Shown here piece by piece: positions 1-9,951 of a stretch of 64,000 nt of DNA. How positions within the stretch are numbered: the stretch's first letter is position 1; each line of letters begins with the position of its first letter. Where the stretch lies: NCBI GenBank assembly GCA_946965045.2, contig OX337241.1, forward strand, positions 2,790,001 to 2,854,000. The letters are read 5' to 3'. Origin of the DNA: Epithemia pelagica. Its lineage: Eukaryota > Protista > Bacillariophyta. The position numbers and the translations under genes were made by a program. Under the pieces are notes generated by a model. The model had not been told where the DNA came from and made no database searches. It worked only from the letters and a program-made list of their open reading frames with translations.

Positions 1-37
1 TTTTCATTCCCGTCATTTGTCACCGCCTGATGGCCGG

Positions 38-118
38 ACGTGACGTCGTCAATTTTACGTCTCGTCACGTGACGTGCGTCAATCGTGACGTCGTCACAGT
101 AGCATCCTTGGCAGTACG
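38..118. promoter_or_regulatory. Cluster of TGACGT/ACGT (CRE/bZIP-type) motifs upstream of the first gene
   Basis: ggacgtgacgtcgtc, cgtcacgtgacgtg and gtgacgtcgtcac occur within about 80 bp, about 170-250 bp upstream of ATG 287. Confidence 0.5.
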
Positions 119-286
119 AGTTTCGTTCCAGACAATCGACAGTGTGATTTCAATTCCAATATACAAGAAGTGCTCATTGGTAGAGAGGTCGTGATCGTTC
201 CTCCTTCTCCTTCTCCTCCTCGTTCTCCCTCTCGTCCTCATCCTTTTCTGTGGCACCGTACCAACCAAGCCCCACCAACAGGAACA

Positions 287-1930
287 ATGATCAAGCCAAA
301 CCACCCTTCCAATGCTTCCGTATCGTCCTTGTCGTCGTCGTCGTCGTCTTTTACAATCCCCCCTTGTCGACGGTGGTTCTTGTGCTTGTTCGCACCCCTC
401 TTGGTGTGCATGGAACTGATTCAATGGAAGCTTTTCCTTGCCATGAATGATAGTATCTTGTCGTCGTCGTCGTCGGTGTCGTCCAGGCAGGTCCAATCCT
501 CGTCGTCGTCGTTGTCGTCGTCTGTTCCCCCAACAACAACAACCACCACAACAAAACCAGACATTGTGGTGGACATGTTGAGCATTGGCAGTATTCATCA
601 AGCCGACTTGCAACAAGCCCAATACGAAACCTTTGGAAGCCAGGCCCGACAGTTTTATGCCGCCACCGGAGCGGACGATGTCGAACACGCCTGTCACACC
701 AACCTGACCTGGACGCAGGTCGAACGCATTGTCCAACAGTGCCGTTCGGCCCGACGAAAAGCGTATCCCTTGCATTCCATCTTCAAACGCTTTTATGCCC
801 GTCGACAGTGGTTGCAGAAAAAAGCCAATCCTACCGCCTGGATGTGTGCCCAAAAACGACCCTTACAAGCCTTGCGCAACATGGTACTTCAATACTATTC
901 CTTGTCTTCTTCTCATGATGATGAGTCTACCGATTCGAACCAGCCACGGTCGACGCACGGTCTGGAGGTGAATGCATCCTTGTTACCCGACTATTTGATT
1001 GTGGGAGACGATGATACCTGGATGAATTGGCCAGCCGTTCAAGCCACCTTGCCGCAACTCTATCCCTCCCATGAACCACGAGCTGTGGCGGCCTGTTTGG
1101 TTCGATGGGGACCCCATTCCGATCATTTTACCTTCCCCTTTGGAGGCTATGGCATTGTCCTGACACGGCCCGTCTTGTGGAATTTACTCCGGCCCCTGAA
1201 TTGTTCAAAGTTCCATGCATCATCATCATCATCACCCAGGGAATCCAAACCACCCTTTTCCCACCCAGATGACTTTGAAGCCTTGGTGTGTTGGAGATTG
1301 CAGCAAAATGGAATTGGCGAACAAGCCTTTTATCGTCCCGGATCCAGTTTGTTGGACATTTTATACGACTATTCCGTGGTGGCACCCTACTTGTCACAAA
1401 AACGTCAACATTCCTTTTGTTTGCACAGCGATTGGGTTTGGGGATACTTGTTCAATTATCATCACATGGCCTGGCATTCCAATCATCATCATCATTCAGA
1501 ACAAAAACAAGATGGCGACATGCACAGCCACAACCACCACCACAACACGAATACAAAGACTCCCGCACTGCCCGACAGTTACAATCGTACCGTCCTGTCT
1601 TTGGTCCTGCACGACCGCCTGGAGGGCTACAATCAGTCCCAATATTTGACCCTGCCTGGTTCCCAAAGTGACGGGACCCTACAATGGTTGAGGGAATGTC
1701 GTCATTCCCCCGATTTTGGGTCTCTGTTCCCCCCACCCACAGTCACACCCCAGCAAACGGCGTCGTGGCAACAATTTTGGCAACAGCAACCGACCAACCA
1801 CACCACGAAGAGCAACCGCAGTCCGGGAGATGTCTATTGCACTCCAGAGGCTCATTTTTGTCATCGCGTCTCTCCCTCGTATATGCGATATTTGCATCAC
1901 TTGCAGCAGCAGCAGCTGCCGCCGCAATGA
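287..1930 (+). CDS. Probable type II membrane glycosyltransferase, GT31/Fringe-like
   Basis: Long ORF (track 170..1930; first good ATG 287). N-terminal hydrophobic anchor (WFLCLFAPLLVCMELI), S/T-rich stem, DxD-type motif YLIVGDDDTW, downstream PFGGYGIVLTR and late HSDW motif resembling the Fringe/galactosyl-T pattern. Confidence 0.6.
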   Translation: MIKPNHPSNASVSSLSSSSSSFTIPPCRRWFLCLFAPLLVCMELIQWKLFLAMNDSILSSSSSVSSRQVQSSSSSLSSSVPPTTTTTTTKPDIVVDMLSIGSIHQADLQQAQYETFGSQARQFYAATGADDVEHACHTNLTWTQVERIVQQCRSARRKAYPLHSIFKRFYARRQWLQKKANPTAWMCAQKRPLQALRNMVLQYYSLSSSHDDESTDSNQPRSTHGLEVNASLLPDYLIVGDDDTWMNWPAVQATLPQLYPSHEPRAVAACLVRWGPHSDHFTFPFGGYGIVLTRPVLWNLLRPLNCSKFHASSSSSPRESKPPFSHPDDFEALVCWRLQQNGIGEQAFYRPGSSLLDILYDYSVVAPYLSQKRQHSFCLHSDWVWGYLFNYHHMAWHSNHHHHSEQKQDGDMHSHNHHHNTNTKTPALPDSYNRTVLSLVLHDRLEGYNQSQYLTLPGSQSDGTLQWLRECRHSPDFGSLFPPPTVTPQQTASWQQFWQQQPTNHTTKSNRSPGDVYCTPEAHFCHRVSPSYMRYLHHLQQQQLPPQ

Positions 1931-2759
1931 GTTGCCCGAAGAACACGTACTACCGAAAGAAAACAATGACTGGGTGTGTGTGCCTTTTTGCGGGGGTGCG
2001 AGAGGACGACTCGAGTACTATATAGACACGTACAGGCGAAGACACACCAGCAAGTGTGCACAACGAAGGACAAACACCTTTTCCCTCTCTACGGTGGTAC
2101 CAACCATCTCGTTCCGTCGTTGTACTACCGTTTCCTCACCATGATGGTAGCCGGTGTCGAAAAGGGCATCTCCTACAACACAAACATGATGGCTGGCCTA
2201 TACGCATCATCATCATCTTTCTACAAAAGCAAGTACGAAATCATGACTTGTGGCAGACATGGCCCTTTGTGAGAAAGAGTCGTATCGATTTGCAAGGAGG
2301 AAGGATGAGACTCTACAGGCACTTGATTGTCATTTGTATATTGAACAGCAAGACACATTGCTTTTTGCGGGAGACACGAATAAAAATAGCTCGAGGTGAT
2401 TGGTTATTCGTTTATCCAACAGTAAGGCATATTACCTTTTTGTTGGAGACACAAATAGACATAGCACGAGGTGGTTGTTGATGAGACCAAGAAACACACT
2501 GAGTCTATGGTTCCTTGCATCTAAAAGTTCTTGCTATGAGACGTATATGTAACAAACGCAACAAGACTACGACAGGTTATTTCTTCAAATGGAAATCAAT
2601 ATCCTCTTTGACGGCTCTTGTCTACAGTTACTCTTTTGTCGTTGCAATAGCTGGATCCAGCAAGTTCCAGATTGTTGTGGGAAATGCGAGAGGGAACCAT
2701 GGTCCATGTGTGTGTGCGCTATTATATTAATGGAGTAGGAGTAGGTCGTACGCGGTTTA

Positions 2760-3703
2760 TTACTTCTTTTGCTTGGCCTTGACATCGGCCACAGCATCGG
2801 CTTCATACTTGGTCTTGAAGGCTTGATAATCCCCGGGACTTCCAGCCTTTTCGTAGGCCAATTTGGCGGCCGCATCGTAGGGAATGGACAAATCCACCGT
2901 CGGTTCGGGTGCCGGTGCGGGAGCCGCCGCAACGGGCGCTGGAGCAGGAGGAGCGGCTGCGGGTGCTTCCTCTCCACCTCCACCACCGGCCAATGCCGCC
3001 ACGGCCGCCAAGACGACTACGGCACCCGCTGCAATGGGAACCAAGGGCAAATCGCCTCCCACATCCGGAAGGGAAGCCGTCACATCAGCCGCGGCCGGTG
3101 CCGCGGTTTGAACCACGGCTTCGGCCGTTGCAGCGACATTTGGTGGGGGAGCCACGTCGACCACGACGGGAGGAGGAGGCGGTGGTGGATTATTCAGCTT
3201 GTCCAACAAACTATCGGCGCCATCAAAGGCATACAGCGAAGAAGAAGAAGAGGAACGCTTTGGACAATCAACCCCATGCAAAAACCATTCCAGTCAAATC
3301 CGACCGACCACCATGAGACCAAGCCACCACAATGGAACCAACACAGAAATTTGAAGGAAAAGATGAGACCGATTTGTTCCAAACAACCAAAGAATACAAA
3401 CACAGATATATGGAGGTTGATAGGGCTGCTGAGCGGTAAGACGTAGAGAGTGAATTGTTGCTTGCGTCCAATGCGGTTACTGTTGGACACAATGCCAAGG
3501 CTTCCATCTTGACGTCCCAGCGTACAGCAGCCGCAGCATTGGAAGAAATCCACACACCGGTGCAACACGAGCAAGCAAGCACGCAATGCGTGTCAACACA
3601 GCCAAAAGGTATAGAGACGTACCACTCCCGTTGCTGTTTGTGGCTTGAGAGACACAAAGGCCTCGGTCACAGTCGCAGTCCACAACAGAATGGCAAGTTT
3701 CAT
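2760..3703 (-). CDS. Plastid-targeted diatom orphan protein with TM helix and C-terminal DLSIPYDAAAKLAY motif; 2 exons (3703-3623, 3257-2760)
   Basis: Exon 1 encodes MKLAILLWTATVTEA|FVSLKPQTATGV (signal peptide, F at +1), followed by gtacgt donor at 3622 and aag acceptor at 3258. Splicing in phase 0 gives RSSSSSSLYAFDG..., in frame with ORF 2760..3281. Pro/Ala-rich spacer and TM segment LVPIAAGAVVVLAAVAALAG. Confidence 0.75.
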
Positions 3704-4114
3704 GGTATAATACAAGGAGCTCTATTCTTCTTCCTTTTTGTTCGGTTGGTATCTTTCTTCTCTTGGTGACACCACCAGGTAGATCTTTTTCGGTTTGGCA
3801 GGCGCGATCTTGATCGCGCTTTTGAATCGCGTCTAAGTCGGGTGGACTCGCCTTTACAGTCGCATTTGCTGAGCGCGCTGGGTGAAGGCCTCACCATGAT
3901 GTGCCAAAGGAAGGCTCTTTAAATGTATGGATGCCACTACTGGGATTGAACATGATGTTATACTTAACGAAACTCCAAGCACAAGATCTTTTCGGGGAGC
4001 GCGAAACACGTTCTTTGGCCATCATGTCCGTCCCAGCTGGTCGACTCGATATTCCGCCGTACTATGTGCAGTGCCAGTGCTCATGTGCCTCTCTCCTGTG
4101 AAAATTTTTTGCCC

Positions 4115-4172
4115 AGGGACACGAAGTGTCCCTTCAGGGACACGAAGTGTCCCTTCAGGGACACATGTCCCT
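4115..4172. repeat. Tandem 21-bp units of a palindromic hairpin (AGGGACAC-GAA-GTGTCCCT-TC) x2 plus a shorter third palindrome
   Basis: agggacacgaagtgtcccttc at 4115-4135 and 4136-4156; agggaca-ca-tgtccct starts at 4157. Confidence 0.95.
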
Positions 4173-4359
4173 GCGCAGGGGAGGAGGAGATGGACGCCCG
4201 CCCTCTTCTGGCCTAACTAATTTCTGCCTGTCGAGATCTCGCGCCCAAGTGGAGCCGAAACCGCCACATTTCCACAAATCTCCTCGTCGGTTCAAATCTC
4301 TCCACCTGAACAATCAAACCGTTTAGAGTTTTGAGTGTGTGCTGCTGCTGTCATCCAAC

Positions 4360-6732
4360 ATGGAGTCCATACCCTCTGAGGTGCTGCTGGATGACCCAGT
4401 CTTCAATGCTGTTCCTCTTGAAGTGCTTGAAAAAGAAATGAGTGGTCGCATTCCCCCATTCCGGCAGAAGTCAACTTCACGGTCCTCTGAGAAAGCACGA
4501 TGTGCCTCCCGGTTTGATGATTTTGCCCAGATTCATGAATGCCCCAAATTATTTTCCTTCACCTTGTCTGAAGTCTCTGAAATGGATGAAGATGGCAACT
4601 ATTGTCTTCTCCACATTTTCCGCTCATACGCCACCTACGTACTGGAGCTACGGCAAGTGGTTGATGGGAAATCAGTGCCATATTCCCCTGCTTCCTATTT
4701 GAAGTTTTTTGCAACACCAAAGACAATTCTTGCTGAGAGATTCCAAAATGAAGATTGGCTGCAGAAGGATCACCCGAAGAGCAGGTGGTGGACAGAGCTG
4801 TACTCGGATTTCAAGTTCCGATCACGTGCGGAGTGCATCAAGTATGGGGGCAAGTTGGAAGAAACAACTGAAGGGATTCACTATAATGCCCTCCACTCTA
4901 TTATGGATGGCATTATGAGGGGAATACATCAATCAACTAAAAAAGCAAATTCGGATGACATGGAGATACGCGCGGCTATGACAATTCTACGACAAGCAGC
5001 CGGACGATCAAGTGAGGTGGCCCTTGTTTCCTTCCGTGGAATGTCATGGCAGGAAAGACTGTTTATTGACTGGGGAGAGATCAAGAATGCAAAATCCACA
5101 CTACTGGATTTCTATCCAGATGCCCGTGGATTCATGTTGGATCCCTACCATGCGATTGGGTGTATGGTCGTGACCAAACCAGGATGTCATGCAACGCGAC
5201 CTACAGAACAAGGAGAGAGGAGTTTTCTATTCCCCAAGCTCTCTCTCTATGTGGATGGAGGTGCAGCAGGGAAAATAACCAAGACCATTCATGACGTTTG
5301 TGAAAGTGCCCGAATCCCAGGTTTACATGGGAAGCTTACGGGCCACGGCATTCGAGCTGGAGCAGCTGACGACATGCTTCTAACCGTACACTCCTTGGAC
5401 ATTGTTGGTATAGTCCTTGGAACTATTTTCCGTGGTGGTTGGGATTTTGTTTCGGAATGTACCATGCTCCGGTACCTATTTGAGAAAAAGTACATTGCGA
5501 TGTCCGGCAAGATTCTTGCCGGGTACGAGCATTCGGAGCAAGCTGTGTCTCTGCCAACTCTTGCTGCCATAGAGACAACCTCATCAAACCTTATCCGGAT
5601 TGGCAATCTGGCCCTAAACATCTTTTCATCTCCAGAATGGACCAGCTTGGCATTTCAGCCTCTCCGTGACACCATCCTTGCCAGTCTGTTCATGTATCAC
5701 GAGCAGGTGGTGGAGACGTACGGAAAAGACCATGTTGCGGCAGCTTTCTTTATTGCGCAATGCAATGATGTTGGTATTGAAGACCACAGTATTGAACAAT
5801 GGGGAAGACAGATTCACAATAAAATGCAAACAATCAACAGTCTGGCATACGATGCCATTATGGAGTCAAAAGCCAAGCAGTGTGATGGATTCGAAAAGGT
5901 TCTAGTCGAACAACAGAAAGCAACACATAAAGAGCTAGCCTTACTACGTGATGAGAATTGTCTCCTCCAGAAGGACCTGGCTGAAATGAAAACAATGATG
6001 TTACAGTTGGTACTGACACAGCAACAGCAAATCACTCCGGTCACAAGCATTCAGGAGGAGGCCCAACAAGAAAACAACAACGACACTGACAAAGAGCCAC
6101 AAGTGTCATCGAACAATCCCACCATGGATCCCACCCCAGAGCCACCAAGAGCTCCCTCCAGTGAGATGCCAAATTCATTCATGGAACTTATGAGACAACC
6201 AAGGTCCCGGTCACTTGGCCTGAGAATGAGTGATGGACAACTGCAGGAAATGACCATTGCAGCACTCCTGACAAAGGTCCGTCTCCATTGCATCAATATG
6301 ATGCATTCTCACCCTTTTGGCCCTGACATTTCCAGGAAGGTCAAAGCTAAAGCCAAAAAGGTGGTCGAGGAGGCTATCTCCCGTGGAAAACACTCGGGTG
6401 TGCCTAGTCTTGTTGCAGCTGCCACGGAGCTATCATCAAAACAGTTCATTGACAAACAGGGCCCGGGGTATGCTTGTCAACTGAAAAAAATACAAAATAT
6501 GGCCTCTGAGATTACCACTAGCCTAATTTCAGCCTTGCTTGATGAGTATCAAGCTTGTCCCTTTTTGGACTTCCAGGCCCAACAGGGTGGCTCCTCCCCG
6601 GACAAACAAATGGAAAGAAAAAAAACACTCATGAAAAAGTTCAGGGCCAGACTGACCAAAGGACAAGTTGGTGCATCATGTAACATTCTTGAAGAAAGGT
6701 CTGCCAAATGGTATAAGCATACCATTCATTAG
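4360..6732 (+). mobile_element. Crypton-like tyrosine recombinase transposon ORF (intact, intronless)
   Basis: YR catalytic signature in order: R (QAAGRSSEV), H-x-x-R (LTGHGIRAGAADDM), W (GGWDF), Y (MLRYL). N-terminal helical core-binding-like region; C-terminal coiled coil. No RT and no long repeats nearby. ATG at 4360 within track ORF 4339..6732. Confidence 0.8.
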
Positions 6733-6992
6733 CTTTGCCCTGTCATGATTTGTCCCCGTCTTGGCCTCGTGTTGTTACTATGGTAATAAAAACTACATTT
6801 TTTTATTTTTTGCAGAAGGATAGTTTCTGCCTCTAGTTTCCCTCTAGCTAAAAGGATGTGAAATCCAATTTGTGAGCAAGAGTTCGTCGAATGACAGACG
6901 AAACACTCCTCAGAGAGAAGGTCAGGACTCAAAAAAAAATTCGCTCGATGGGGAGTTCGACGTCACAAAATGTCACCTTCTACATATGCCCC

Positions 6993-7027
6993 GTCCCTGA
7001 GAAGTTGGACGAATTGTCCCTGAGAAA
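6993..7027. repeat. Two direct 11-bp repeats GTCCCTGAGAA downstream of the YR ORF
   Basis: gtccctgagaa at 6993-7003 and 7017-7027; shares the GTCCCT core with the upstream hairpin array. Confidence 0.8.
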
Positions 7028-7193
7028 CTGGTCTAGCCTGAACCTCATATTTTTTGAGAGTACGACAGCGCAAGAAGTCAAACACCAGTGGTAAGAACTC
7101 ACACCCGAGTTACAGAGGATTGGAACGAGCGACATGGGAACATCTCTTGATGCCTAACACTAGTTCATACGTTTCCACCAGGAAGTAGAAAGG

Positions 7194-8759
7194 ATGAAGT
7201 ACGGACTTGCGGTTTTCTCTTGCACGTTGGCCCTCCTCTTGGGTGACAACGGTTTTATTCGGGCCGATTCGGATCTCCCGGAAGAAAATCTTCAGGAATG
7301 CATTGATCCTTCCGACTTTGATCCAGAGCGAGATTACTTTCCTCACAAGGTTACGGTAGAAGTGGCAGAACACTTTAGTGTTGAATATTTCAAGCACTTC
7401 AAGATTGTCCGTAATGTGGAGGACGATCAAACCTACGTGTTGGTCCAATGCGGTGCACCGCATCCGGATCCCCCCATTGCTGGCGCCGCCTTTGTCTTGG
7501 ATGTACCCTTGACTTCCGTGGCCTTGCAGTATTCCACCATGGAAGCCTTTTTTGAAGTCTTGGGGAACCGACGTACCGTACAGGCCATTTTGGGAACTTC
7601 GTATTCCACTTCTTTGTGCATGAAGGATTTGATTGCCTCGGGCAACATTGTGGAATTGAACGACATGTTGGCTTCGCTTGATGCTGGCTACGTCAACCAA
7701 AAGGGTCTGTTGGCCAATTCGCCCAACCTCGAAGCACCCTTTTCCAGTGACACCTTGGTTGGCTTTGTGGGCCGTACGCCCTGGAACCAAAAGACCTATC
7801 CTTTCCCCTTTGTCCGGACGTCGGATACGCTGGAACCCAGTCTACAAGGGCTGTTTGAAACGACCAAGTTCTACGCCACGTTTCTCAACAAGGAAGCCCG
7901 TGCGAACGAGGTGTGGGATCAAGTTCAAACCCGTTTGGACTGTGTCCAGACCAATGCGGAAACAGTGGCTGTGGAACGCAAGTTAAACTTTGGAGAAGAA
8001 TCCAAGACGATTTTGTGGGCAACCTATTCCCGGTTTTGCGGTGGTGTATGGGATGTGGCCCGGAGTGGTCCCTTTTATTACAATGACTTTGCGGAAGTGT
8101 GTTCCACGACCTTGCTGACGGCCGAAAACGGTGGAACGGTGGACGTGCCAACCTGCAGCTCGGAACGCAAGTTCATGACCACGGCCGAATTTGTGGAATT
8201 TGGCAAAAATGCCGACGTGTGGATCTATCCCGGAGCTTCCTCCGTCCCTCTCAACGATGCGGAAATTTTTACGGATGAAATCAAGGCCTCCTTCAAGTCG
8301 TTTTTAAATCAAGAAATTTATGATTCCAATGGCAGTGAAGGATGGTTTGATCAAGCCTATATTCAACCTGGTACGTATTGGACCACAACGAGCGGAGTAG
8401 TATTCCAATCTAGTACCCATTTGGAATGTTGTGGTACTCACGTCTCGCGACTCTTGAATTGTTTTGTACCCCTTTTTTTGACAGATGTCTTGATTGAAGA
8501 TTTTTGTGACTTGGCTGGTACCTTGAAATTGTCCAATGGACAACAAGAGTATCAACGCAAATGGTTTCGCAATGTCTTTACCTTGGATGCCGAAACACCC
8601 AATCCCACCTGTCCAGAATTGGGAGGGATTGATGCGCCTCGAGATACCACCGGAAGTGATTGCAATGTGCACTCGGCTGCTGTTACTACAAGGGATGTCA
8701 CCACGGTGATGGGAGGAATCGTGGCAGTCTTGTCGGCGTGGATCATCAACAGTGTGTAG
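7194..8759 (+). CDS. CBA1: CBA1-like (cobalamin acquisition / periplasmic-binding-protein fold) surface protein; one intron 8371-8484
   Basis: Signal peptide MKYGLAVFSCTLALLLG. Motifs DYFPHKV..AEHFSVEYFKHFKIVRN and YVLVQCGAPHP. An in-frame 114-nt intron (gtacgt...ttttgacag) removed gives QPDVLIEDFC. Hydrophobic C-terminal tail suggests a GPI/TM anchor. Confidence 0.7.
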   Translation: MKYGLAVFSCTLALLLGDNGFIRADSDLPEENLQECIDPSDFDPERDYFPHKVTVEVAEHFSVEYFKHFKIVRNVEDDQTYVLVQCGAPHPDPPIAGAAFVLDVPLTSVALQYSTMEAFFEVLGNRRTVQAILGTSYSTSLCMKDLIASGNIVELNDMLASLDAGYVNQKGLLANSPNLEAPFSSDTLVGFVGRTPWNQKTYPFPFVRTSDTLEPSLQGLFETTKFYATFLNKEARANEVWDQVQTRLDCVQTNAETVAVERKLNFGEESKTILWATYSRFCGGVWDVARSGPFYYNDFAEVCSTTLLTAENGGTVDVPTCSSERKFMTTAEFVEFGKNADVWIYPGASSVPLNDAEIFTDEIKASFKSFLNQEIYDSNGSEGWFDQAYIQPGTYWTTTSGVVFQSSTHLECCGTHVSRLLNCFVPLFLTDVLIEDFCDLAGTLKLSNGQQEYQRKWFRNVFTLDAETPNPTCPELGGIDAPRDTTGSDCNVHSAAVTTRDVTTVMGGIVAVLSAWIINSV

Positions 8760-8916
8760 TCCGAAAACCAAAGAGAACCACACACAACCACGGAGATAAC
8801 AATAGCAGGCACACAAGGAAGAAGAGGGTTTCCTCTCTCTAGTAGTAGAGATTATGCATTAGACTAGTGCGTTCTAATTCTTGAGCGCGCCGTTTTGCGA
8901 ACCATTCTTTTTCGTG

Positions 8917-9951
8917 TTACAATCGTTTGAGAGATTTCTTCTTGTGCAATTTGGTGGCACCATTCCCCGTCCCCGACGACTTGCTCAAGTTACTACTCGT
9001 CTTTTTCTTGTAATGATTGTCACTGTTGCGCAAGGGTGGATTGTTCAAGGTCGTCGTGGAAGATGATGTCGTGTTGGTGTTGGTGCTATTGGTATCAGTG
9101 TTGTTGTTGTTGTACGACAATTTGGAGGCGGAATGGGACGATTTGGGACTGCAATCGGTATTTTGATCGCCACCATCCACGACAATCGCCAAAGGATCAG
9201 TTCCATCCGTCGTCGTGGAAGCATGGGTGGTGGTATTGGTATGATTCTTGATCGAGGTGGACAAGGGTTCTTCGCTTGTTCCCTCCGAGGAGGAGGAGTC
9301 TACAGAAGTTGTTGCCGCCGAATGGCCCAAGACATTGTAGGTTCGTCCATGAACTTGTGCCATGAGTTTGGCTCGTTTGGCATATTCATGATAACTTTCC
9401 ATGAATAATTTGCCCGCTTCGTCATTGAGACTGGATTCGGGAAAGGGCACAATCAAGAGACATCGAATGACGGCCAAGACATGGGCCAAGGTCGTTTCGG
9501 CCGTCCAATCCTTTTTGAGGGTATTGACACAAATGGCTCCGGTTTGCGGATCGACATTGGGATGATAGAGTTTGGTGACAAAGTACCCTCGGGGTGGTGC
9601 GGCCGGAAAGTCACTGGTAAAGGCCAATTTCAAGACAAAAAAGCGTCCTTCGTACGGTGTTTCCGTCGGTCCTTGCATTTCACACAAAATTTGTTCCAAA
9701 TTGGTCGTTGTGGCCGTGGCGGCCGCTGCAGCAGCTGCGGCCGACGTGGACAAGGAGGAGGACGACGACGATTGCGACTCACTTGTAGTAGTAGTTTCCC
9801 CATCGACAATCAACCGGACCCCTTCGGGTGGACTCTTGTGCAAATTGCGCAATTCGCGAGCTACACGAGCCAAGGTTCGAGGAGGCAAGTTTTCCGAAGA
9901 ACTGCTCGTGGTCGAACTGTATTGACGATAGAGGGATCGTGCCGAACTCAT
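8917..9951 (-). CDS. UBE2S: Ubiquitin-conjugating enzyme E2 S
   Basis: UBC core GPTETPYEG..FPAAPPRGYFVTKLYHPNVDPQTGAICVNTLKKDW, LIVPFPESSLNDEAGKLFMESY and the basic C-terminal tail KKKSLKRL typical of UBE2S. Confidence 0.92.
   Translation of the reverse strand: MSSARSLYRQYSSTTSSSSENLPPRTLARVARELRNLHKSPPEGVRLIVDGETTTTSESQSSSSSSLSTSAAAAAAAATATTTNLEQILCEMQGPTETPYEGRFFVLKLAFTSDFPAAPPRGYFVTKLYHPNVDPQTGAICVNTLKKDWTAETTLAHVLAVIRCLLIVPFPESSLNDEAGKLFMESYHEYAKRAKLMAQVHGRTYNVLGHSAATTSVDSSSSEGTSEEPLSTSIKNHTNTTTHASTTTDGTDPLAIVVDGGDQNTDCSPKSSHSASKLSYNNNNTDTNSTNTNTTSSSTTTLNNPPLRNSDNHYKKKTSSNLSKSSGTGNGATKLHKKKSLKRL

Noticed and set aside
65-853. 262-aa minus-strand ORF and many similar antisense or overlapping ORFs (e.g. 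2769..3446, 28953..30095, 47881..48795, 48921..49844)
   Set aside because: Shadows of real genes on the opposite strand or frame, produced by low-complexity codon repeats; no motifs.
3802-3819. Perfect palindrome gcgcgatc-tt-gatcgcgc
   Set aside because: A single short hairpin in a promoter region; it cannot be tied to the Crypton end or any function.
3926-6783. TATGG at 3926-3930 and 6779-6783 as possible Crypton terminal repeats
   Set aside because: A 5-mer match is expected by chance, and this boundary would exclude the right-hand GTCCCT repeats.
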